Positions 43,568 to 53,363 of a stretch of 64,000 nt of DNA are shown here, piece by piece; position 1 is the first letter of the stretch, and every line of letters begins with the position of its first letter. The DNA is from Aulosira sp. ZfuVER01. Lineage in GTDB: Bacteria > Cyanobacteriota > Cyanobacteriia > Cyanobacteriales > Nostocaceae. Under the pieces are notes generated by a model. The model worked only from the letters and a program-made list of their open reading frames with translations. It had not been told where the DNA came from and did no database searches. The stretch is taken from the NCBI GenBank assembly GCA_034530615.2, contig JAVRCV020000048.1, forward strand, positions 1-64,000. Direction: 5' to 3'. A program made the position numbers and the translations under genes.

Positions 43568-43596
43568 TTACCAAAAAGTACTGTCTCCCTCTTTGA

Positions 43597-43904
43597 GAGC
43601 TGATTTGTAAACAAAAGCTGACAATTTGGACAATTCACGATTCAGCTTCATGTAATACAACCACAGCCCTTAAACGTTCCGAAGCATTGGCTTGAGTAAC
43701 TAAAACACCAATTAACAATCCCTGAGAGTCTACAACTATCTGGTGCTTACGCCCTTTAACCTTGTTACCACCATCGAAACCGTAGACCTCCCGCACTAGT
43801 TGCTACCCTGCGGGAAGCCGCCTCCGGCGTCTACAAGTCGGTAAAGCCGCCTAACGCACTGGCTCCTTTTTTTGTGTTGTCTTCACCCGTTGAGAATCCG
43901 CGAT
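43597..43904 (-). mobile_element. Internally deleted IS5-family (IS1031-like) remnant carrying nested mini-repeats
   Basis: Translates as IADSQRVKTTQKK / EVYGFDGGNKVKGRKHQIVVDSQGLLIGVLVTQANASERL, which includes the first two Asp motifs of the DDE triad. It is joined to a right end identical to the one at 4400-4425. Confidence 0.88.
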
Positions 43905-43928
43905 CTCTTCGACGGGCTACGCCTACGC
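43900..43928 (-). repeat. 21-nt mini-element inserted in a HIP1 site (SDR5-like)
   Basis: Minus strand reads GCG-[TAGGCGTAGCCCGTCGAAGAG]-ATCGC. Confidence 0.8.
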
Positions 43929-44138
43929 AATTAGCACTACCTCTGTTTGAGCAACTGGTGGAAGTTGAAATTTTTTAAGATTAATTACACAATCAGATGC
44001 TTCCACTCTTATGAGAAAACCTTGGCGCAGAAAATTCTCCCATGTCCCCCATGAATCCAGATGACAACTGGGAAAATTTTTGGGGTTAATCTGGAAAATT
44101 TTAATTTTTCTGTGGTAAAGAGAAAATACTTTAGCCAA
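43923..44138 (-). CDS. Small hypothetical protein, possibly truncated at the C-terminus
   Basis: 71-aa ORF with TTG start and GGGAG immediately upstream; its stop codon is supplied by the 21-nt insert. Confidence 0.4.
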   Translation of the reverse strand: MAKVFSLYHRKIKIFQINPKNFPSCHLDSWGTWENFLRQGFLIRVEASDCVINLKKFQLPPVAQTEVVLIA

Positions 44139-44491
44139 CTCCCACTAGATAGCTTAGATAAACTGAATTTGCAGTTATACTTCCTCTCCTATCTACGTTT
44201 ACACGGCTAAATCAGAGGTTTATTTGATTTCTCATGGTGAATGTCAAAAGCTTTAGCCAGTTCTCTCTAAACGATTTAGGAGAGGAGAATTGTGAGTTAC
44301 CACCCTGCTTGTTTGATAGATGAAGAAGTTAACAATCAAAAATCTCCTCATTTCTCACTAGCTAATTTTCTTTGAAGTTGACAAAAATCCTTCAGTCAAC
44401 AAGAAAAAACGGCTTATCATATTGTTAATTTTTGTAAAATTGAAGTCTTCAAGACTAGAATACTGCTATGTAGATAGCTAAACTAACAAGA

Positions 44492-44505
44492 AGTACATCT
44501 TTACT
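44492..44505 (+). promoter_or_regulatory. Candidate cyanobacterial LexA box upstream of sbcC
   Basis: AGTAC-ATCT-TTACT, one mismatch from AGTAC-N4-GTACT, 37 nt before the ATG and downstream of a TAGAAT -10 element. Confidence 0.45.
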
Positions 44506-44542
44506 GTTAATTATTAAAAGTAAATGTGGCCCAATAGCCTCA

Positions 44543-47500
44543 ATGATCCCAGTACAACTAATTCTTAAAAATTTCCTCAGTTACCGTGAGGCAACTTTAG
44601 ATTTTCGCGGTTTGCATACAGCTTGTATTTGTGGTTCCAATGGTGCGGGTAAATCTTCACTTCTCGAAGCTATTACTTGGGCAATTTGGGGTGAAAGCCG
44701 CGCCGCTGCTGAAGATGATGTGATTCATACAGGCTCTAAAGAAGTTCGGGTTGATTTCACTTTTCAAAGTAATCAGCAAAAATACCGAGTAATTCGCACT
44801 CGTGTGCGGAGTGGAACTAGTGTTTTAGAATTTCAAATCGAAACGCCTTCTGGTTTTCGCCCTCTGACCGGCAAAGGAGTCAGAGCAACACAGGATTTGA
44901 TTTTAGAACATATCAAGCTTGATTACGATACTTTTATTAATTCTGCCTACCTGCGTCAAGGTCGTGCAGATGAATTCATGCTGAAGCGTCCTACTGAACG
45001 TAAAGAAATTTTAGCAGAGTTGTTGAAACTCAATCAGTACGATGATTTGGAAGAACGAGCAAAGGAATCATCCCGTCAGTTTAAAGCGCGGGCGGAGGAA
45101 TTGGAGCGTTCTTTAGAGTCGATTAAAATTCAGCTACAGCAACGTGAGACAACTCAGGCGCAAAGAGCCGAGTTAGAAGCAGAACTTAACCAGCTGCAAC
45201 AAGTACAAGCTTTTGACACTATTCAATTACAAAGCTTGCAAGTTGTGCAGCATCAACGCCAAACAAAAGTAGAACAACTGAGTTTTGTAAGGCAACAATA
45301 CCAAAATCTTACCCAAGACTGCGATCGCCTCCAACAAGAGCAGTTAGCTGTTAAAAGTCAAATTGCAGATTTAGAAAAGCTATTAAGTCAAGAAGCGGAG
45401 ATTAAAGCCGGATATCTTCAATATCAAGATCTGCAATCTCAAGAAGAAACTTTTGCTACCAAATTTGAAGAATTTACCCGCGCTCAACAAACTCGTCAAC
45501 AAAAGCAACAACAGCTTACCAAACAAATTCATGAACTTGAACGACAACTGCAACAGGCTCAAGCCCAATTAGAAGCTTTGCAGCAACAAGAGCGAGAAAT
45601 TCAGCAAACCCTGACAAAATCAGGTGAAGTAGAAGCTGGTTTGGCACAACTAGCCGCAGCACGCCAACGGGTGGCGCATCTCGATCAGTTGCAAATGCAA
45701 GTGTCTCCTTTATTGCAACAACGCACAACTTTACAAAGCCAACTGGATCGGTTTCATGCTGGTTTGGTAGCGCGTATCGAACAGCTAGCAACGACAGAAA
45801 ACCAATTACAACGCCAGCAACATCGCCAACCGCAACTGCAACAAGCAGTCATGGATGTAGCTATTCAAATTGAGGAATTGGACAAAAAGCGGGTTTATTT
45901 ACAACGAGTCCAAGAGAAAGGACAGGAAAGGCGACACTTTATCGAACGGCTACAAGCGCATCAACGAGATTATGAAAAACTCCTAGGAGAATTAGAGCAA
46001 AAACTGCAAATGCTCCAGAATCCTAATGCGCTTTGTCCGTTGTGTGAACGTCCCCTAGATGAACATCACTGGAATCGAGTGGTGGAAAAAACTGAAGAAG
46101 AGTTAAAAGATACACAGGGACAATTTTGGGTAGTCCGGGAACAGATGGCTGTCTCAGACAAAGAAATTCAGGTACTTAGGAAGGAATATCGAGATATATC
46201 CCAACAATTGGCAACTTATGATACTTTACGCGAACAAAGGGGACAGTTAGCTGCCCAGCTGGAAGCTACCAGCGATGTGCAACAACAGCTAGAACAAATT
46301 GCTGCCGAAAAACAACATTTAGAGCGATCGCTGCAAGCAGGAGATTACGCTCCCGACAAGCAAGCCGAACTACGGCAACTAGACCAATATCTGCAACAAC
46401 TCAATTACAATGATCAAGATCACGCCCTGGCGCGGAGCGAAGTTGAGCGCTGGCGATGGGCAGAAATTAAACAAGGGCAGATTAAAGACGCAATCAAGCG
46501 CCAAACCCAACTAGCAGCACGCAAACCGGAATTACAAGCTGCGATTGCTCAATTACAAAGTAAAATCCAAAAAGAGCAAATAGACTCTGACTGTGCCCAA
46601 CAAATCGCCGCCCTCGATCGCTATATTACAGAACTCGGTTATAGTTCAGAGCAGCACAATCAGTTGCGGATGGCTGTGAGGCAAAATCAATCTTGGCAGT
46701 TGCGCTATCAACAGATGTTGTCAGCTCAGCAACAGTATCCCCAACTCCAAATGCGATCGCAAGAGTTAGAAGTTGCCAAAACTGCGAGATTGGCTGAACG
46801 GCAAACCCTCGCTAGCCAAATGGAAAGTATTAAGGAGCAGTTAGAAGAAACTGCTAACCCAACTGCTCAAATTCAAGCTTTAGAGCAGCAACTTCAGCTA
46901 CGCAGACGACAACTAGATGAACAAATAGCCAAGTTAGGGCGTTTAGAACAGTTGGCGGTACAACTAGAATCACTGCAAATTCAGTACGAACAACAGCAGC
47001 AGCAATTACAAGCTTGCAAACAGCAACATCGCGTTTATCAGGAATTAGCGCAGGCATTTGGTAAAAATGGTATCCAAGCACTGATGATAGAAAACGTGTT
47101 GCCTCAACTGGAAGCAGAAACAAATCAACTACTTTCACGATTGAGTGCCAATCAACTCCACGTACAATTTATTACCCAAAAAGCTGGACGTAATGGCAAG
47201 TCAACAAAGAAAAACGTCAAGCTGATAGACACTCTAGATATATTGATTGCCGATGCTAGAGGAACGCGGGCTTATGAAACTTACTCTGGTGGGGAAGCCT
47301 TTAGAATTAACTTTGCTATTCGGTTAGCCCTAGCGAAATTATTAGCGCAGCGGGCTGGTGCAGCGTTACAGTTGTTGATTATCGATGAAGGTTTTGGTAC
47401 TCAAGATGCAGAAGGATGCGATCGCTTGATTGCAGCAATTAACGCGATCGCATCTGATTTTGCCTGCATCCTCACTGTTACTCATATGCCTCACCTTAAA

Positions 47501-47569
47501 GAAGCCTTTCAAGCCCGTATTGAAGTCAATAAAAACCAACAAGGCTCGCAACTACATTTGTTAACTTAA
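44543..47569 (+). CDS. sbcC: Exonuclease SbcCD subunit C (Rad50-like)
   Basis: GSNGAGKS Walker A, long coiled coils, central CPLC zinc hook, YSGGE signature and IIDEGFGTQD. Confidence 0.96.
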   Translation: MIPVQLILKNFLSYREATLDFRGLHTACICGSNGAGKSSLLEAITWAIWGESRAAAEDDVIHTGSKEVRVDFTFQSNQQKYRVIRTRVRSGTSVLEFQIETPSGFRPLTGKGVRATQDLILEHIKLDYDTFINSAYLRQGRADEFMLKRPTERKEILAELLKLNQYDDLEERAKESSRQFKARAEELERSLESIKIQLQQRETTQAQRAELEAELNQLQQVQAFDTIQLQSLQVVQHQRQTKVEQLSFVRQQYQNLTQDCDRLQQEQLAVKSQIADLEKLLSQEAEIKAGYLQYQDLQSQEETFATKFEEFTRAQQTRQQKQQQLTKQIHELERQLQQAQAQLEALQQQEREIQQTLTKSGEVEAGLAQLAAARQRVAHLDQLQMQVSPLLQQRTTLQSQLDRFHAGLVARIEQLATTENQLQRQQHRQPQLQQAVMDVAIQIEELDKKRVYLQRVQEKGQERRHFIERLQAHQRDYEKLLGELEQKLQMLQNPNALCPLCERPLDEHHWNRVVEKTEEELKDTQGQFWVVREQMAVSDKEIQVLRKEYRDISQQLATYDTLREQRGQLAAQLEATSDVQQQLEQIAAEKQHLERSLQAGDYAPDKQAELRQLDQYLQQLNYNDQDHALARSEVERWRWAEIKQGQIKDAIKRQTQLAARKPELQAAIAQLQSKIQKEQIDSDCAQQIAALDRYITELGYSSEQHNQLRMAVRQNQSWQLRYQQMLSAQQQYPQLQMRSQELEVAKTARLAERQTLASQMESIKEQLEETANPTAQIQALEQQLQLRRRQLDEQIAKLGRLEQLAVQLESLQIQYEQQQQQLQACKQQHRVYQELAQAFGKNGIQALMIENVLPQLEAETNQLLSRLSANQLHVQFITQKAGRNGKSTKKNVKLIDTLDILIADARGTRAYETYSGGEAFRINFAIRLALAKLLAQRAGAALQLLIIDEGFGTQDAEGCDRLIAAINAIASDFACILTVTHMPHLKEAFQARIEVNKNQQGSQLHLLT

Positions 47570-48530
47570 TTTCATTAGTTGATGATAAAAAATTCAATCT
47601 CCTGTACAAAAGTTTAACTTTATAGGGATTGGCTAATATCAATTAGATAAAAGAATGTGACACAGGCAGAAAAGCCCTTCTCCAAATCTTTACTATGGCG
47701 GAGGCTATATGTCGTCAACATTTTTTGAGTTTTTGTCATCTGATTTAAACTGTAAATCGCTTTCTGTGTCAGACTTTCTTTCCGTACTTTACTAAAAAGA
47801 TAACCAATATACTTTTCAAAGTGGTATTAATTATTTTATATATTGAATACTAGATAAAAATGAATATTATTGTTTAAGTTTTGGGAATACTCTACTGATA
47901 AATTCCTTTGATTCAAAATAAAAAGTTTTTCTTATAGCCAAAATAAAGAATAACAATATTGGGTTTATAACCCTAAGTTAAGAATTTATTAAAAAATATA
48001 AAAATTAATTGAATATTAAGCTCATTAGATTAAAATCTCATAACTTTAATATAAAAGTTATATTAAAGGTGAATAAACTTCTATGTGAGTTAATTTCTCG
48101 CATAACCATAAATGTTTTGAGGAATAATATAATATTTTATTATTCGTAAACTCACAATTAGTACGCTAAAACTTCTAATGTAATTAGCCGTGAACAAGAT
48201 TATTAAAAACTACAAGCTTAGGCATAATCAGCGGTAAAACAATATTTTGTTTTTGCTTTCTTCTATCTAATAAGTGTCTAAATATTCTTTAGACACTTAT
48301 TAGGGTGGTGAGGAGCCTATATATAATATAGGCTGACTCCAAGAATACAAAATCTTTCTGAAGTCAAGAAATCATGACTTAATACTAAAAAAATTGGTAA
48401 TTCCAACGATTTTAACTCAATCACAAAAAAATATAAAAAAAGGAAGTATAAATAGTAAAATTACTTACAATACTTTTAGATATAGGAAAGAAAAGTGCCT
48501 ATTAGTTATATATTAAACTAGGTTATCAAG

Positions 48531-51206
48531 ATGCAAACAGCGAGAATATTCACGCAACTAAAAAATATTCTATTTACTATATTTGAAACTCCCTTAATAC
48601 TAAAGAAAATTAGTCTATTTAGTTGCTCAAGAGCAAAAAACATTGTTTTATATATAGCAAAATTATTATCTTCAAGATTTAGTATATTTCTAAATATTGA
48701 AAAAACACATTCCTGCATAGTAGGTAAAAATAAAATACTATCAGGAACCGAGAATAAGAATAAGTTCTTAATTAAGAATAGCCAAGCAGAAGTTTTCAAT
48801 CAAAAGGAAAGGCATCAATTGAAGAATTATTTAAGTGAAGGTGCTTACAATTGCGGCACTTGCTACTTAGAAGCAATTGTAGCAATAGAACGCTCTTTAC
48901 TAAATTTTGATCGCCGCGTCAAATGCTATACAGAGATTCTGCAAATCTTGGGAAAGACTTGTAAAGTTAGTCAGGTTTATGCATTTGAAAATAATTTTTC
49001 TGACAATGGCGGCTTAATTATGAGTCTACAAGCTGAGTGGTATGTTCGAGATAGATCAGAAAAAATGGGTAACCATCCTTGGCAAAATCTATCTTATACA
49101 AGATTTCTGCCACGTTGGCTTAAGCTTTTAACCCGCGGTGATATTTTTTTTGATAAAGTAGCAGAATTTAGCGAAATAGAACGTAAGATTTTAGGGTTAC
49201 AAGATATTTGCACAATTTTATTTTTACCAATCATTGCTAAAGGTAATTTTGTAGGGTTTATCCGTTTTGATAACTGTGTAAAAACACAGCATTGGGAAGC
49301 AAAGGAAATAGCATTTTTACAAGCAGTAGCAGGTATGCTTTCATTAGCACACGAGCATTTATTAGCAGATAATGCATTACAGACATTAATATTAGAAACT
49401 AAAGATTGCGCTTCCAACTTAGAAAATGTAGTTCAAGAGCGCACTGCTGAATTGCACCGAGAGATTGCTGAACGCAAGCGCATACAAACAGAACTAGAAA
49501 AATCCCTATCTTTGCAATGTGCAACCTTAGAATCAACAGCAGATGGAATTTTAGTAGTAGATAGCCAAGGTAACATTGCAGGTTTTAATCAAAAGTTTCT
49601 CCAGATGTGGCGTATTCCTGAGCAGCTGATAGCGTCACAGAAGTATGGAAAAGCGCTGAGATTGGCAATAAAACAGCTAGAAGCTCCAAGACAGTATCTT
49701 GCTACTATTAGAGAATTACACTTGAATCCAGACCTACAAATTTATGATGCGATCGCATTTAAAGATGGAAGGGTATTCGAGCGTTATTCTCAACCCCAAA
49801 GTATTGGCGGCAAAATAGTTGGTAGAGTGTGGAGTTTTCGTGATGTAACTGCTCACAAGTTAGCAGAAGCCAAAATCCGCCATCAAGCTTTGCATGACCT
49901 TTTAACCAATCTACCTAATCGAGTGCTATTCAATGAGCGACTTTCCCAGGCATTAGCACAAGCACAAAAAAGTGGTAGTAAACTAGCTGTATGTTTTTTG
50001 GATCTAGACCGCTTCAAAACCATTAACGACACATTAAGTCATGCCATTGGGGATAAATTATTGCAGAGTGTCGCTCAACGTCTCACCCAATGTCTACGAG
50101 ATTGCGATACCATTGCTCGCTGGGGAGGTGATGAATTCACTTTACTTTTACCCGAAATCAAAGATACTCAAGAAGTTGCCCAAATCCAAGATCGCATCTT
50201 AGCAGCTTTCAAACCAGTATTTAATATAGAAAATTACCATTTGCATATCAGCCCTAGTATTGGCATTGCTCTCTATCCCCTACATGGGCAAGATGCAGAA
50301 ACCTTGATTAAACATGCTGATGCTGCACTATATATTGTCAAGTCCCAAGGACGTAATAATTATCAGTTTTATCACTCAGCTATTAATTCTGGCTCTTCTG
50401 AACTGTTAATCTTAGAAAACAGCTTACACTATGCCTTAGAACGGCAAGAATTTGAAATTTATTACCAACCACAAGTCAATAGCAGCACAGGTAAAATTAC
50501 TAAAATTGAGGCTTTGTTACGTTGGCGGCACCTACAACTAGGTTGCATAGCTCCTGAAAAATTTATACCTCTTGCTGAAGAAACTGGATTAATTGTACCC
50601 ATTGGCGAATGGGTTTTAAAAACTGCCTGTACTCAAAATAAATTCTGGCAAGATACTCTGGGTTTACCCTCACTTTCTGTAGCAGTTAACCTTTCAGCAA
50701 GGCAATTTCAGCAACCAAATTTAGTCAATATAGTGACGCAGATATTGTCAACTACTCAATTGACACCTCAATGTTTAGAGTTAGAAATCACCGAAAGCAT
50801 TGCTATGCAAAATGTTGACTTTACTCAAAAGGTTTTGAGTGAATTATATGCGCTAGGTGTCTCTATATCTATAGACGATTTTGGTACAGGATACTGTTCT
50901 TTAAGTTATCTCAAAAATTTTCCGATTCACGGCTTAAAAATTGACAAGTCTTTTATACGCGATCTGTCTAACGATCAGTATGATGCAGCTATCACAACTG
51001 CTATTATTGCTTTAGCACATGGGCTTAAGCTTGCAGTTGTTGCCGAAGGAGTAGAAACCGAAGAACAGCGCAATTTGTTACAAGTCCTAGATTGTGAACT
51101 GATGCAGGGTTATCTTTTCAGTCGTCCCTTATCGGCGGAAGACACCACAAAACTACTGCGAAAGTCAAAATCCTGCCAAGTTAATACTTCTTTTTTATTT
51201 GCATAG
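48531..51206 (+). CDS. GAF-PAS-GGDEF-EAL diguanylate cyclase/phosphodiesterase
   Basis: GAF-like region, PAS (STADGILVVD), intact GGDEF, EAL, DDFGTG and EGVE motifs. The true start may be TTG at 48819, which has AAGGAAAGG upstream. Confidence 0.93.
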   Translation: MQTARIFTQLKNILFTIFETPLILKKISLFSCSRAKNIVLYIAKLLSSRFSIFLNIEKTHSCIVGKNKILSGTENKNKFLIKNSQAEVFNQKERHQLKNYLSEGAYNCGTCYLEAIVAIERSLLNFDRRVKCYTEILQILGKTCKVSQVYAFENNFSDNGGLIMSLQAEWYVRDRSEKMGNHPWQNLSYTRFLPRWLKLLTRGDIFFDKVAEFSEIERKILGLQDICTILFLPIIAKGNFVGFIRFDNCVKTQHWEAKEIAFLQAVAGMLSLAHEHLLADNALQTLILETKDCASNLENVVQERTAELHREIAERKRIQTELEKSLSLQCATLESTADGILVVDSQGNIAGFNQKFLQMWRIPEQLIASQKYGKALRLAIKQLEAPRQYLATIRELHLNPDLQIYDAIAFKDGRVFERYSQPQSIGGKIVGRVWSFRDVTAHKLAEAKIRHQALHDLLTNLPNRVLFNERLSQALAQAQKSGSKLAVCFLDLDRFKTINDTLSHAIGDKLLQSVAQRLTQCLRDCDTIARWGGDEFTLLLPEIKDTQEVAQIQDRILAAFKPVFNIENYHLHISPSIGIALYPLHGQDAETLIKHADAALYIVKSQGRNNYQFYHSAINSGSSELLILENSLHYALERQEFEIYYQPQVNSSTGKITKIEALLRWRHLQLGCIAPEKFIPLAEETGLIVPIGEWVLKTACTQNKFWQDTLGLPSLSVAVNLSARQFQQPNLVNIVTQILSTTQLTPQCLELEITESIAMQNVDFTQKVLSELYALGVSISIDDFGTGYCSLSYLKNFPIHGLKIDKSFIRDLSNDQYDAAITTAIIALAHGLKLAVVAEGVETEEQRNLLQVLDCELMQGYLFSRPLSAEDTTKLLRKSKSCQVNTSFLFA

Positions 51207-51277
51207 TCAAAACATAAAATCTGGCTCTAGACAGCAATGAATCACTTCAGATGGGCTATTTCAGGGTAAGTCTTAGG

Positions 51278-51388
51278 GGGAGCATCCCACTTTTGTGAGT
51301 GGTGCTAAAGTACTAAGTGTCAAACCATCCATTCTACCTAGATTTAGATTTTATTCTCTAGTCGCAAAATAAAAACTAGGATGCACCC
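51278..51388. mobile_element. 111-bp MITE with 17-bp terminal inverted repeats and an 8-bp target-site duplication
   Basis: GGGAGCATCCCACTTTT ... AAAACTAGGATGCACCC (14/17 complementary), flanked by GTCTTAGG at 51270-51277 and 51389-51396. Confidence 0.85.
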
Positions 51389-51686
51389 GTCTTAGGCGAC
51401 TGAAGCATTGAGTCAAGCTCCTAAAAATAGGTAGAATAGTTGCAAAATTTCAATATATAAAATAGTCACAAGCTACAAATCAATGCCACAGGCGCAATCT
51501 GTGCTTTTAGTTTGAGTATTAATGCTCATTAGCAAATATTGTTACTCTCAAATTTCTCCAAAAGCTAAATCTCTTATTGACTTCTCAAGATAGATTTTTT
51601 AGGCTGTTCTGCTATCAGGTGCTATTGTTGAAGTCAAGTTTTAGCAACAAAAATACAAACAAATTTTTGCAATTATGAGAATAGTT

Positions 51687-51704
51687 GTTATATTAGTTTA
51701 CATA
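51687..51704 (+). promoter_or_regulatory. HLR1 (RpaB-binding) element of the hli promoter
   Basis: GTTATATT-AG-TTTACATA fits the (G/T)TTACA(T/A)(T/A)-N2 direct repeat and overlaps the likely -10 region. Confidence 0.75.
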
Positions 51705-51744
51705 AGCTAATAACCCTTAGTAAACTCAGTTTGGAGTGCCAATC

Positions 51745-51927
51745 ATGACAAATGCAACAAAAGTAGTTACTGCTCCTATAGTTGAAGATCGTAACGCTTG
51801 GCGCTGGGGCTTCACCCCACAAGCAGAAATTTGGAACGGTCGCTTGGCAATGATCGGCTTTTTAGCAGCAGCTTTAATTGAGCTGTTCTCTGGTAAAGGC
51901 TTTCTACACTTTTGGGGTATTCTTTAA
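51745..51927 (+). CDS. High-light-inducible protein (Hli/Scp, CAB-like)
   Basis: [19 protein letters not shown] motif and a single transmembrane helix; GGAG before the ATG at 51745. Confidence 0.96.
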   Translation: MTNATKVVTAPIVEDRNAWRWGFTPQAEIWNGRLAMIGFLAAALIELFSGKGFLHFWGIL

Positions 51928-52092
51928 TACCAATTTTGAATTTAAGGTTGTTGAGTTACCCTGAGCGATCGCTTACAGTACTTGGCAATTTTGAATTGAA
52001 AGCTTTTACCATCAGGCTGTTTTCCTAATTTCAAACAACACTACCTATCTGCAATTGGTTTAAGTATTAAAATACAAAATTAGCTACAAATG

Positions 52093-52126
52093 AAAAACCT
52101 GGGTATGTTTTCATACCCAGGTTTTT
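52093..52126. terminator. Bidirectional intrinsic terminator between hli and sigA
   Basis: Perfect 15-bp inverted repeat AAAAACCTGGGTATG-TTTT-CATACCCAGGTTTTT. Confidence 0.85.
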
Positions 52127-52184
52127 ATTCTTTGTTTATTAGTCATTAGCTTGAGACAAATGACTAATAATTACTAACTAATTA

Positions 52185-53363
52185 CTAACGGATATATTCC
52201 TTGAGAACACTGTTACGATTTGGGTGGCGTAACTTGCGGAGTGCTTTTGCCTCAATCTGGCGAATGCGTTCGCGAGTCACGTTAAAAATCTGGCCAATTT
52301 CCTCTAAGGTCTTCATCCGACCATCATCCAAACCGTAGCGCAATCTTAGTACATCTCGTTCGCGGGGGCTGAGACTGTCGAGGACTTTTTCTAGATCTTC
52401 GCGCAACAGATTTTTGGAAACTTGGTCTTCTGGAGTCTCACCATCGGACTCAATAAAATCGCCCAATCGAGAATCTTCTTCTTTCCCAATGGGTGTTTCT
52501 AAGGAAATAGGCAATTGGGCAGATTTAGCAATAAACCGCAACTTCTCAATTGTCATTTCCATGCGAGTAGCAATTTCCTCTTCAGTGGGTTTACGACCCA
52601 TTTCTTGAGAAAGCAGCTTGGTGGTTTTCTTAATCCGAGAGATAGTTTCGTATAAGTGAACTGGAAGTCGGATAGTGCGGGATTGGTCTGCGATCGCTCT
52701 GGTAATTGCTTGACGAATCCACCATGTAGCGTAGGTAGAAAACTTATAACCTTTTTCATGGTCAAACTTTTCTGCGGCACGAATCAAGCCAAGACTACCT
52801 TCCTGAATTAAATCTTGGAAGGACAAGCCACGATTCATATATTTCTTGGCAATTGAAACTACAAGGCGCAGGTTTGATTGCACCATTTTATCTTTTGCTC
52901 TGCGACCAATATGCAGCTTGTAGCGAAACGCTGACAATGGTAATTGCACAGCTTCTGCCCATTCGCTATCTTTTGGATCGCGTTCCAACTGTTCGGAAAG
53001 CTTTTCCCGTATCCTCTCTAATTCCAGTAATTCAGCAATTTTTCGCGCCAATTCAATTTCTTCGTCTGCCCGCAACAAACGAATTCGTCCAATTTCTTGC
53101 AAGTAAAGGCGAATTGAATCTTCCGTATAGTGCTTTTTCTTGCTTTGTGTCCGACGACGCGATTTAGCGGCTTTTCCAGACTTTGCGTCGTCCTCATCAG
53201 ACTGAGGCTCTAAAAACTCATCAATTTCGCCTTCATCGTTTAGTAGTAAGTCTTCATCGACTTCATCATCGATTAAGAGTGGGTCTAACTCGAGCTCAGG
53301 CTGATTTATCATTTCTAGGTCAGGCTGATATATGCTTTCGAGTACGTTGTTAGCCTGGTTCAT
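52185..53363 (-). CDS. sigA: Principal RNA polymerase sigma factor SigA (RpoD)
   Basis: [43 protein letters not shown] and [20 protein letters not shown] motifs; acidic N-terminus. Confidence 0.98.
   Translation of the reverse strand: MNQANNVLESIYQPDLEMINQPELELDPLLIDDEVDEDLLLNDEGEIDEFLEPQSDEDDAKSGKAAKSRRRTQSKKKHYTEDSIRLYLQEIGRIRLLRADEEIELARKIAELLELERIREKLSEQLERDPKDSEWAEAVQLPLSAFRYKLHIGRRAKDKMVQSNLRLVVSIAKKYMNRGLSFQDLIQEGSLGLIRAAEKFDHEKGYKFSTYATWWIRQAITRAIADQSRTIRLPVHLYETISRIKKTTKLLSQEMGRKPTEEEIATRMEMTIEKLRFIAKSAQLPISLETPIGKEEDSRLGDFIESDGETPEDQVSKNLLREDLEKVLDSLSPRERDVLRLRYGLDDGRMKTLEEIGQIFNVTRERIRQIEAKALRKLRHPNRNSVLKEYIR

Noticed and set aside
44543..47569. SMC-like protein as a possible defence system
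   Set aside because: The zinc hook and motifs fit ordinary SbcC; there are no partner defence genes, and an unlinked sbcD is usual in cyanobacteria.
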